Part shown: piece after piece, positions 16,379-24,648 of the stretch
How the letters are laid out: the number at the start of each line of letters is the position of its first letter
Numbering within the stretch: the first letter of the stretch is position 1
IMG/VR virus record: IMGVR_UViG_3300024520_007217
Location: 1 to 52,535 of that record
Origin: a virus
Lineage: Duplodnaviria > Caudoviricetes
Length of the DNA: 52,535 nt
Strand: one strand, 5' to 3'
Program-made: the position numbers and the translations under genes
Notes under the pieces: generated by a model
Told to the model about the DNA's origin: nothing
The model's input: only the letters and a program-made list of their open reading frames with translations
The model's database searches: none

Positions 16379-18754
16379 TCATGATCCATCCCATGCGTTT
16401 AACTCGCCCGCTTTAGAAATCAGTTCATCCTCGTTAAACTGAATATGGCAGTGACAGGTATTCGGGTGGCCGGGAGGGCCAGGGGTATCAGCATCACCAA
16501 AAACCGAAGGATACATAAAACCAATATCCACAAGCCCCATTTGAATATTGGCCGTGCAAACCTTACAGGGTGTATCAGGGCCTGTATGTACCCATGCCTT
16601 TTGGGTGAGTCCCTGCTTATCCCACTGCTGAATTCTTCCATTCGTTTCGCTCTTGTTAATCTCCGTATTGACAATGGACTTAATCCGCGCCTCAGACAGC
16701 CCCTCGATTTCTTTCCGGGCCCGGTCAGTCACCTTCGCCACCAGGGTGCTTTCCTTCAGTATCTTATCTAGCCCCTGCCCCTCTTGAATCCTTAACGAGA
16801 TTTCATCGCCGCTCACCCCCTCGTCAACCGAAGATGTAATAATCCGCTTCAAATAGAACTTCGTGCCATCATTGACGTGTCTCACCAAATCAGCGGCTTT
16901 AGCGTTTAACTCGGCCAGGGTGACCGGGTTTTTAAGCTGAAAGTTGAGACCAATCAAGTCAGGCGAGTTAACCAGCCCCTCCTCATAAAGAAATTGTTGC
17001 ACCAATTCAGCCGCAATTGTAGCCCCCTCGCTAAAAGCCAGGGTCAGCACCTCCAAGATTTCAGCCACCGTGTCCGGCGGTAATTCCCACCACTTGTCTT
17101 TCTCTAACAGCGCCTCAAGCTCATCTAAAATCGCCTGATCAATCTTCTGGACCTGCGGGATATCGTCAAAGATGCAAGCCTCACCAAACCATGCTTTTAT
17201 CCGCTCCGCTGCCCATTGTCCACGATCTGCATCAGAAAGGTTGATAATAGCCTTGGAAGAGATGGGGAATTGAGACTTAGCCGCGGCTCGAATAAGCCGC
17301 CTAAGCTGGATATCTCCCATTTGTCTCAAAACCGCATCAAATGCCTTTTTGAATACCAACCCCAGGCGATCATAATTAGACGAGCTCGGAGGTACGGCTG
17401 ATATAGCCGGGTCCCCCAACGTTGCCCGTTGCGTTTGCCCCACATCTCCGCGCCCCCCCTGGCTAGGAGGTACGCGGTCCAACTCTTCATCAGTTTCGGG
17501 TGATCCATTCCCATTTGGCAGAGGCTGAGGTTGCTCTTTTGGCGGCTCCAATTCAACAGTCAACAGCCCGTCCTTTTTCAACTGCGCTTGCCCGTCCCCG
17601 ACTGTGATGAATCCACCCTCCCCCAGAGCCTTTAGGGCTTGCGCATTCAACAGCCTGGCCCGTCCGGTGTTAGAGAGAGCTTCATCATCACGCTCAATCC
17701 AGTCAAATTCAAGGTAAGGAGGCAAGACATTATTATTGAAGAAATTCTTCGTTTTCTCCCTGATCATACCAAACCCGGTTTGCCGACTTTCCCTTTGCCG
17801 TCTTATCTCCCCGGCCAACGTCCCTCCAGCCGGATCAAGGCCGATATCTTTTAATGTCAGCCAATATCCAGCCGCCACGATCCGTGATTCCTTCAAAGTT
17901 ACACTGTCATACATCATCTCTGACGGAGGCCGGCCAAACGGTATCCATTTTGCCGCCTGTGTATGCTCATACAGAACCCCTATTTTTAACGGATCCACGC
18001 CTTGCAATAGGGTCTGATAGCTAGATACCCACGCGGCAGCAGATTCTTGATCCATATCTAATAAATCAAGAATGCCTGCCTCTGGAGTGTCTAGCAACAT
18101 TTTAGCATAATATTGATTGCCATAATATAGCAAGCTAATAGCCATATAAATGCGCTGTGGGGGGGGCATCCCGTAGCCTTTCACGCGCATCTCTGGACGG
18201 GGCGTCAATACGATTCGTCCAATCTCATTCCGGGCAAAAAAGACCGGATTCGCCATGTTTCCCTGGATTTTTTGCATTATCGGGAATTCAGGATCATGGG
18301 TAGGGATGATCGTTGCCCCATCAATATTAATAATCTTGAAAATATGACCACGAGGGTGAGGGCGAGTGACACGAAACTCTTCGCCGTCAAATTCAATTGT
18401 AGGCAAAACGTTAAGTGGCCAACGTACTAACTCTGCGGTTCCACCCGCAGGCAAGTCAAGAACATCTTGCCATAGAAGATCGAGAATTATATCAAATTCA
18501 CGTAAGACATAATTTTTATAGTAGGCTATATCCGGCTCTAACGCCTCTTGATCCTCTGGTTTCTTGGCAGTGATGTCCCAGGGGAGCGCCTGGGCATAGA
18601 CGATAAGCCGATCTCGGCAAATAATGGCTACCGGCTCATTTCGCACCACATTGCGCCATCGAGCGGCCTCTACCCACATCGGAGCCAAAAAGTCTGGCAG
18701 ATAGCGCCTCAAAAACGAGGGGATTTCAAGTGATTTTTGTTTGGGGTCGGCCAT
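16379..18754 (-). CDS. Portal protein fused to MuF-like head morphogenesis domain
   Basis: Follows terL; IDGATI and GYGMPP portal-like segments; C-terminal TEINKS...KAWVH...CKVC...PPGHPNTCHC MuF signature. Confidence 0.85.
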   Translation of the reverse strand: MADPKQKSLEIPSFLRRYLPDFLAPMWVEAARWRNVVRNEPVAIICRDRLIVYAQALPWDITAKKPEDQEALEPDIAYYKNYVLREFDIILDLLWQDVLDLPAGGTAELVRWPLNVLPTIEFDGEEFRVTRPHPRGHIFKIINIDGATIIPTHDPEFPIMQKIQGNMANPVFFARNEIGRIVLTPRPEMRVKGYGMPPPQRIYMAISLLYYGNQYYAKMLLDTPEAGILDLLDMDQESAAAWVSSYQTLLQGVDPLKIGVLYEHTQAAKWIPFGRPPSEMMYDSVTLKESRIVAAGYWLTLKDIGLDPAGGTLAGEIRRQRESRQTGFGMIREKTKNFFNNNVLPPYLEFDWIERDDEALSNTGRARLLNAQALKALGEGGFITVGDGQAQLKKDGLLTVELEPPKEQPQPLPNGNGSPETDEELDRVPPSQGGRGDVGQTQRATLGDPAISAVPPSSSNYDRLGLVFKKAFDAVLRQMGDIQLRRLIRAAAKSQFPISSKAIINLSDADRGQWAAERIKAWFGEACIFDDIPQVQKIDQAILDELEALLEKDKWWELPPDTVAEILEVLTLAFSEGATIAAELVQQFLYEEGLVNSPDLIGLNFQLKNPVTLAELNAKAADLVRHVNDGTKFYLKRIITSSVDEGVSGDEISLRIQEGQGLDKILKESTLVAKVTDRARKEIEGLSEARIKSIVNTEINKSETNGRIQQWDKQGLTQKAWVHTGPDTPCKVCTANIQMGLVDIGFMYPSVFGDADTPGPPGHPNTCHCHIQFNEDELISKAGELNAWDGS

Positions 18755-18766
18755 AGTAGAACCTTA

Positions 18767-18835
18767 AATAAAAATAACTGCGGACATTTGATCCGCAGCT
18801 ATGAATATGATACCTTTTTTCAGTTGTCAGGTCAA
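18767..18835 (-). promoter_or_regulatory. Portal promoter followed by a terminator-like hairpin
   Basis: TTGACC-17-TATCAT; TAGCTGCGGA-loop-TCCGCAGTTA then T-rich tract. Confidence 0.65.
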
Positions 18836-18843
18836 TTTTACTG

Positions 18844-18988
18844 CCCTCGCTCCCCGCGGCTGAGGGGTAGACACAGACTTCTGCAATTATCCATCTCCTA
18901 CAGAGCGGCGATTCCTGTTTCTCAGGGCTGCCATTGCATAGCCCTCCGCAGGCATTATTATCGAGACGACGCGAGTCCTACCGCCCCG
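18844..18988 (-). repeat. 145-bp dispersed element, copy 3
   Basis: Gap-free match to the other three copies. Confidence 0.95.
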
Positions 18989-19135
18989 AATAAAAGTCTC
19001 CTAGCCTACTGCCATCCAAAGGTCGAGTCCCACACCTTAAACTGGCAAGTCGATGGGGATGCCGTATCTTGCTTTTCGGCTGGCAATTCTGCAACTTCTT
19101 TCCACCCCTCCTCCCCGTCCCAAAAGCAGAGGTGC

Positions 19136-19357
19136 TCAACCTCTGCCCTCTCGCCATTGTCCCCCCCCGCACCAGCACCGCCGCCCGCCAATATTGCCCG
19201 TGTCCCGGCACGCCGTGCAGGTCACTGGTAAAAGCGGCTGCGTGGCGACCGGACGCGGGATGAACGGGGCCTGCCCCGCGCGGGGGGCGGTCTGGCTGAA
19301 GAGGGGTAGGTCTTGCCCCTGGGTGAAAAATGAGGGTTGTTGGGGTTTTGTTTTCAT
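19136..19357 (-). CDS. Small protein with CxxC...CxC zinc-ribbon motif
   Basis: AAGGAG RBS; CTACRDTG...CWC. Confidence 0.6.
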   Translation of the reverse strand: MKTKPQQPSFFTQGQDLPLFSQTAPRAGQAPFIPRPVATQPLLPVTCTACRDTGNIGGRRCWCGGGQWREGRG

Positions 19358-19384
19358 GAGGGCTCCTTTCTTTGAATGGGGGGG

Positions 19385-19681
19385 TTAAATAATATACGTT
19401 ATTTCGCCGGGCCAATAGCCAGGTTTTGTATATCGGCTAATTGCTGCCAAACTGTCGTTTTTCCCTTCGCTAACGACATAAACGTTATCGCCAGCCCGGG
19501 CGGCGGCCAGGTCGGACGCGCTCTCAAATATGTCTGTAAAATCCAATGCCTGGGGCATACTTTCGTCCCCTTCTGGGATCGAAATAAATGCATTGGGCTT
19601 TCGCTCAAATAATGCAATTAATTGGCGTTCTTGCTCATCTTCCAGGTATTCATAAATTATTGTCGAAACTTGCGCGTACAT
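19385..19681 (-). CDS. Hypothetical protein
   Basis: AAGGAG RBS; cassette gene between terL and portal. Confidence 0.65.
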   Translation of the reverse strand: MYAQVSTIIYEYLEDEQERQLIALFERKPNAFISIPEGDESMPQALDFTDIFESASDLAAARAGDNVYVVSEGKNDSLAAISRYTKPGYWPGEITYII

Positions 19682-19706
19682 TTTGTTGCTCCTTGAGTTC
19701 GTTGAA

Positions 19707-19910
19707 TTAAAGATTAGATTTATCTAGCTTCTCGAATTGTTCTGGGCGAATTGTCCCCGTGTGGTACGGATGCATTTCGCCCAACTGGGTTATTTCCAGG
19801 TCTTGTATTTGATCCTGGATAATGCTGGTCAAATTGAAGATGTCGGGCGTGTCGGGGGTGTCGGGGGTATCCAGTTCTTTTCGTAATTTGAAATATGATG
19901 CGAGGTTCAT
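19707..19910 (-). CDS. Hypothetical protein
   Basis: Start moved to MNLASYFK behind GAAAGGAAG. Confidence 0.55.
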   Translation of the reverse strand: MNLASYFKLRKELDTPDTPDTPDIFNLTSIIQDQIQDLEITQLGEMHPYHTGTIRPEQFEKLDKSNL

Positions 19911-19926
19911 GTTTGGCTTCCTTTCG

Positions 19927-20220
19927 TTAAGAGTATTGAGTGTCGGCGAATTCAATATCTTCGTCGCCGTCCTCGATTCCGAGTTGGCGTAATTGCTCAT
20001 TAATATCGTCATCAGAGGGGGGAGGTGTAATGGGGGGATCCATCACTTGAATTACACGCGGGTCCCTGCTCATATCCGGGCTGCCCAATATGGACTTTGT
20101 CTCAGCGTCGTAAAATTTGCTATAATCTGCTGTATTAGCAGATGTTTTTATCAAGCTAATCGGGTCTACATGATAAAACAATTTGAATTTTTGCCCTATT
20201 TTCAAATCTAAAAATTTCAT
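19927..20220 (-). CDS. Hypothetical protein (MKFxDLKIGQKF N-terminus, acidic tail)
   Basis: GAAAGGAAG RBS; operon position. Confidence 0.65.
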   Translation of the reverse strand: MKFLDLKIGQKFKLFYHVDPISLIKTSANTADYSKFYDAETKSILGSPDMSRDPRVIQVMDPPITPPPSDDDINEQLRQLGIEDGDEDIEFADTQYS

Positions 20221-20249
20221 TTTGGCTTCCTTTCCCCGTGGGGAATTAA

Positions 20250-20456
20250 CTAACCCAATTCAACATCGAGCCCGAATTCTCGGACCGTGGGCTTCCATTG
20301 GGCTTCGAGTCTAGCCCTGAAGGATTCAATATCCCCTTCCGGAATTTCATGATCGAACAAAATAGCTGACATCTTTCCGGCCACGCGCCCCTGGAGGGGG
20401 TGACTGACGAACTTCACGGTATTAATCGGTCCTTCCTCTATAGTTACTCGTCTCAT
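20250..20456 (-). CDS. Hypothetical protein
   Basis: AAAGGAG RBS; first gene after promoter 20498-20526. Confidence 0.65.
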   Translation of the reverse strand: MRRVTIEEGPINTVKFVSHPLQGRVAGKMSAILFDHEIPEGDIESFRARLEAQWKPTVREFGLDVELG

Positions 20457-20497
20457 TTTGTTTCTCCTTTCGTTAGGTCCTTCTCAAATCTAAATAC

Positions 20498-20526
20498 ATG
20501 TTACCACACTCTGCACTTAATGTCAA
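20498..20526 (-). promoter_or_regulatory. Sigma70-type promoter of the small-gene cassette
   Basis: GGGGTTGACA-17-TAACAT with TG extension, same design as 16248-16276. Confidence 0.75.
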
Positions 20527-20545
20527 CCCCCAAAGTAGATGAGTT

Positions 20546-21889
20546 TCACACCCCTAACCCCCCTCCCCCCTGACCAACACTCAAAAACTTGATTGACCGC
20601 CATGGGGAACCACCATCGAGGTACATTACTGCATAACGCATCGCATCCATACCGTGATCATTCTCTTTAACCGGGGCTTCTTTTGTCTTTGAACTTTTCC
20701 AAATATAACTATCAATTTCACTTTCAGTACAAAGGGGGGAATGATTAGCTTTTGATTCCTGATCGATTTCAATCAAACTATCACGAAGAAAAAACAGACG
20801 GGCACGCCCATCAATTTGTTTTGATAATCTATCCTGAACCAGCCCAATACCTTTCAATACGTCTTTTTTTGCAGCAATATTTGGAATACCATTCTCTTTT
20901 AATGTTTGGCGGTCTTCCGCATCATGATCACAGATAGTTTGTTCTATTTGTTCACCTTTAGATAATTCCTCTATCAGTTCGGAGTGGGTTTTTACTGTTC
21001 GCCCGGTCATATAGATTTCACGATAAAGATACATTCGACCATCGCCATCAATGGCCCACCATTGGCAAATAAAAGGATGTACTAATCCAAAATCTATGAC
21101 TCTAATGCGGCGCCATTCATCAGGAATATCAAATCTATCTACTAGATGAATAGCGGCATCATAGGTATCATAGATTTGGCCTTCAGCACTAACCCACTTT
21201 CCTAACCTCAATCGTTGATATCTAACTCCGGTCAGACTATCAAGAACGGCCATTGTACGCCTTCCCTGTTCGGTTATTTCCCCAGTTAAAGGATCAAATA
21301 ATGTAGGGTTATCCTCATGTCTGCTTGTTAAAAAGGCAACAGTTTCAGTTTGTTTTCGTTGTAATATCCAATGTGCGCTAGCGCCTGGGTTAACATCTCC
21401 TAATACCTGAGCATAAGGCATATTCCCAGCCCGACCGGTAGCACGAGTAAGTAATTTTTCCCAGTCATCTAATGTTAGTTCTTCCGCTTGGTTCACGTAA
21501 ATCACATCATATTCAGCAGATAAAACTTTATTAGGGTTATCCATACCCCCTATAACGATTCGCGATTTATTGGGGTAATCAAACCATTGAGGCTTATGCC
21601 CCCCATACGTGAAAATATCAGGGTGTTTTATCTTATCCTGATATGTTTTTAGAACTGACGAATCCATAGATTGTCGAGTCTTACGAATCATGGCAATATG
21701 AGCTTTAGGGTATTTCCAAGCCAATGCATCAATCTTATGTAATGAAGCCAATGTCTTCCCGGTCTCAGCCGGGCCACTAATGATGATCTCTGATTTTTTG
21801 CACATCCAAAGATCAGCCGCCGCCCCATAGGGATGATAGACCCCTTCTATATCATTTCCGGTTGTCTCTATAATCTGGTAGGTAGGCAT
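20546..21889 (-). CDS. terL: Terminase large subunit (PBSX-like)
   Basis: Walker A SGPAETGKT, Walker B variant VIYVNQAEE, DVNPG coupling motif, nuclease IDFG...NDHGMDAMRY. Confidence 0.95.
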   Translation of the reverse strand: MPTYQIIETTGNDIEGVYHPYGAAADLWMCKKSEIIISGPAETGKTLASLHKIDALAWKYPKAHIAMIRKTRQSMDSSVLKTYQDKIKHPDIFTYGGHKPQWFDYPNKSRIVIGGMDNPNKVLSAEYDVIYVNQAEELTLDDWEKLLTRATGRAGNMPYAQVLGDVNPGASAHWILQRKQTETVAFLTSRHEDNPTLFDPLTGEITEQGRRTMAVLDSLTGVRYQRLRLGKWVSAEGQIYDTYDAAIHLVDRFDIPDEWRRIRVIDFGLVHPFICQWWAIDGDGRMYLYREIYMTGRTVKTHSELIEELSKGEQIEQTICDHDAEDRQTLKENGIPNIAAKKDVLKGIGLVQDRLSKQIDGRARLFFLRDSLIEIDQESKANHSPLCTESEIDSYIWKSSKTKEAPVKENDHGMDAMRYAVMYLDGGSPWRSIKFLSVGQGGGGLGV

Positions 21890-21893
21890 TTAG

Positions 21894-22472
21894 CTATAAA
21901 TCATCCATCGAAACACCCTTCAAAATCTTAATCACCAAAGGCTTATCCTCATTATCCCCGGCAGCTTCAAATAGCCCATGATGACGAGCTAATTTTTCGA
22001 GGGCCCCCTGAGCATCGTGCAGCTTAATTCGAGTCCGGGCTGTGATTGTACCGTCTTTGTTACGCCGGGCGTCAATCGTGATCTCTTTGACCAGGTGAGA
22101 GTTAATCTTCCCTTCGAGGTCCGACGGCTGCCGCACATCCGCGAAGTCGGCCATATCTGCCCGCCCCATGTCGGCCAGCCGGGCCAGGACTTCAGCCTCG
22201 CTCATGTGACGTTGGCGGTATTGCTCAAGGGCTATCTCATCGTCTATCTCTTTTTGGCGGGCAATGCGGGCTTGCCAATGGTGACGAGCTGACCACGTTT
22301 TTAGCGTTTCTAAATGTTTGGTAGGGGGTTTCAGGGTAGCTTTAGCATATGTCTGGCGCAATTTATCAAGGGATCGGCCCCCTCCCATAAGCCAATAATC
22401 CATAAGAGCAGTATTCGCTCGTTTGGTTTCTTCAGCTATTCGACTGAGGGGGGTTTCATTATCAAAGGTCAT
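21894..22472 (-). CDS. terS: Terminase small subunit
   Basis: Directly upstream of terL; RSLDKL...WSARHHWQAR, AEVLARLADMGRADMADF, IKLHDAQGALEKLARHHGLF. Confidence 0.8.
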   Translation of the reverse strand: MTFDNETPLSRIAEETKRANTALMDYWLMGGGRSLDKLRQTYAKATLKPPTKHLETLKTWSARHHWQARIARQKEIDDEIALEQYRQRHMSEAEVLARLADMGRADMADFADVRQPSDLEGKINSHLVKEITIDARRNKDGTITARTRIKLHDAQGALEKLARHHGLFEAAGDNEDKPLVIKILKGVSMDDL

Positions 22473-23698
22473 TTGATTAGTTCAGGCTTGTCTCCCGTGA
22501 GATCGGCCCAGCGTTGAAGACAAACCGCAGCATAGCCAGGGTCTATTTCAATGCCACGACATGCACGGTTGAGTTGGTGAGAAGCGATTAGAGTCGTGCC
22601 AGAACCAAGGAATGGATCAAAAATAATATCATTCTTTTTAGTGCTATTTCTCATTGGACGAGCCATACATTCCATTGGCTTTTGAGTAGGATGATATTCA
22701 TTAATGTTTGGCTGTTTTATATCCCAGACCGACGTTTCATTTGTGTCCCCATACCAATTAGCCCCATTCCGGACACAATACAAACAGGGTTCGTGTTTCT
22801 GCAAATACTGAGCCATAAAGTTCCCATAATGAGCATCTAGCTTATTCCATACTATTAAAGCCCGGACAGACAACCCTATATTATCAACTGCAGAATAAAC
22901 TGCTTTTCCATTTCTGCCTGCAAACCATAGATAAAAAACGGGTTTTTCAGCCTCAAAACGTTGGCCGGTCGATAAAGCATCGAAATACAATAAAATATCA
23001 TCATTTTCGAGTTTAGGTCTTGGCTTATTACTAATGGGATTTCTGCCCCCAATATATGACACACCATAAGGGGGATCTGTAATCATTGCATTGAATCTAT
23101 CGTCTTTCATTACACTTTCCACTATATTTTTATCGGTACAATCCCCCACAGCCATCCGATGCTCACCTAAAGCCCAAAGTTGCCCCAACTTTGTCCCATA
23201 CTCCTCTTGCAGCTCAGCCGCCCGGTCAATCTGCGGCTCGACGTCTTCTGGCGGGTCGTCCTTCACCAACTCGCCCAAAATCTCTTTAAGTTCATCTTCT
23301 CGAAACAGATCATCTAGTTGAATGCCCGTCTCGAGATCAGCCAAGATACGTTCCGGGTCAAAGTCAATCGAGACCTGGGCTGACCGATTGAGATAATAGC
23401 TTAACCGTCGGCCGGCTTCCGTCTCAAGATCAATATCAGCGCGTTTGATGAACACCGGCTGTTGGCCATCGACCTCAATGATAATCGCCTCCTCTGCTGC
23501 CAGCACATCAGCGCTGACCTCCGTCCGATGATTGCCGCCGATGATGCGGTTATTTTTATCGAGCGTTCCTGCCTCTGCAAAGCCAAATTGCTCCATAGAG
23601 TTACGGAGCAGAACATTGCCGCGTTCGGTGTGTCGGTTGGCGTTTAAGAGGTCGGGTTCAATCTCGGATAGTTTGACGACTTTGATTGAGTTGGTCAT
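22469..23698 (-). CDS. ParB-like N-terminus + N6/N4 DNA methyltransferase
   Basis: IIGGNHR; ITDPPYG, HPTQKP, DPFLGSGTT, GIEIDPGY. Confidence 0.92.
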   Translation of the reverse strand: MTNSIKVVKLSEIEPDLLNANRHTERGNVLLRNSMEQFGFAEAGTLDKNNRIIGGNHRTEVSADVLAAEEAIIIEVDGQQPVFIKRADIDLETEAGRRLSYYLNRSAQVSIDFDPERILADLETGIQLDDLFREDELKEILGELVKDDPPEDVEPQIDRAAELQEEYGTKLGQLWALGEHRMAVGDCTDKNIVESVMKDDRFNAMITDPPYGVSYIGGRNPISNKPRPKLENDDILLYFDALSTGQRFEAEKPVFYLWFAGRNGKAVYSAVDNIGLSVRALIVWNKLDAHYGNFMAQYLQKHEPCLYCVRNGANWYGDTNETSVWDIKQPNINEYHPTQKPMECMARPMRNSTKKNDIIFDPFLGSGTTLIASHQLNRACRGIEIDPGYAAVCLQRWADLTGDKPELIK

Positions 23699-23740
23699 CG
23701 GTCACCTCGCTAGGGATATTATACAAGGGCTGAGGCAAAA

Positions 23741-23762
23741 TAAAAAACCGCCAGGTGGCGGT
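23741..23762 (-). terminator. Intrinsic terminator
   Basis: ACCGCCA-CC-TGGCGGT hairpin followed by T run on minus strand. Confidence 0.6.
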
Positions 23763-23798
23763 ATGGATAAAATATATTGCAAAGAGAGGCGGTTTAGC

Positions 23799-24125
23799 TC
23801 AAAAAGGCAAATCAAATTGGGTTGATGGTTCAGGCACAATCCCCGAATTCCTTTTTTTTATTCCCCAGTTTTTAGCCAGAATACAATATTCTGGGATTCT
23901 ATCTGCTTCTGTCCACATGAAATTAGCCATGGCTCCGTCCCTTTGATTGGACCTCATGCCCCATTTGATAATCCCCTGGTTTGTTGCTCGTTGGGTTGCT
24001 CCCCAGTCCAGGAATATCCAATCCTCAAAAAGATTATCTTTATCACGATCATAACCCACGAAATAATAGAGAGCCCCTCGCTCACCGTGCCTGTGGGGAC
24101 GACACTGGATTAAAATCTTATCCAT
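23799..24125 (-). CDS. Hypothetical protein whose first 17 codons lie inside element copy 4
   Basis: GGGAG-ATG and MDKILIQCRPHRHGERG come from the repeat; the remainder is unique sequence. Confidence 0.55.
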   Translation of the reverse strand: MDKILIQCRPHRHGERGALYYFVGYDRDKDNLFEDWIFLDWGATQRATNQGIIKWGMRSNQRDGAMANFMWTEADRIPEYCILAKNWGIKKRNSGIVPEPSTQFDLPF

Positions 24126-24219
24126 CTCCCACGGTGCGGCGATTCCTGTTTCGCGGGGCCTCTAGTGAGTCGCCCTCCGCAGGCATTATTATCGAGACGA
24201 CGCGAGTCCTACCGCCCCG
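24075..24219 (-). repeat. 145-bp dispersed element, copy 4
   Basis: Gap-free match to the other three copies. Confidence 0.95.
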
Positions 24220-24270
24220 GATTGGCATTTTAAACGCCTGCCAACCTAAGCGCTTTATACTTGTCCAAAC

Positions 24271-24390
24271 AAAAAGGGCTCAGTCTCTAGGTAGCGACAC
24301 CTGGAACGAGGTTTCCCGCCGAGACTGAGCCCTTTATTAGCATTTTACTTGATAATAGCAGCCGTTCCAAATGTCGCTAGAAGTATTATA
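24271..24390 (-). promoter_or_regulatory. Structured leader: terminator hairpin whose loop is complementary to the transcript 5' end
   Basis: 15-bp stem AAAGGGCTCAGTCTC/GAGACTGAGCCCTTT; 24363-24379 pairs with 24292-24308; TATAAT at 24385-24390. Confidence 0.65.
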
Positions 24391-24420
24391 CCCCCATTCA
24401 CCCAAAACCACAAAAACAGA

Positions 24421-24548
24421 TGACCCCGGCCAATGCGCTGCGGAGCACCAACCGGGGCCAAATAAAATAATGCTGCAGGGTCGCTAAATCCATCGCCCTC
24501 CGCAGCATTACATTATATGAAGTTTACGCATGGGGTGGCGATTGTCAA
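24421..24548 (-). ncRNA. Candidate small RNA with two hairpins
   Basis: TTGACA-16-TAAACT, then hairpins 24468-24510 and 24421-24460; no ORF. Confidence 0.4.
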
Positions 24549-24557
24549 ACCCTGCGC

Positions 24558-24590
24558 AAAAAAATGGCCTGATGAGAAAGGCATCAGGCC
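24558..24590 (-). terminator. Intrinsic terminator
   Basis: GGCCTGATG-loop-CATCAGGCC followed by A and T7 on minus strand. Confidence 0.7.
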
Positions 24591-24648
24591 GAACAATCAG
24601 CAATGGGTCATACGATTGAATTTGGCAAAATTATACCACATAGCCAGA

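Noticed and set aside
2763-24219. 145-bp repeats as CRISPR, DGR template/variable repeats, or IS ends
   Set aside because: Copies are dispersed with no spacer array; differences are not adenine-specific and no reverse transcriptase is seen; no terminal inverted repeats, target duplications or transposase
24566-24590. CTGATGA-GAAA resembling a hammerhead core
   Set aside because: No stem II between the motifs; the sequence is fully explained as a terminator hairpin
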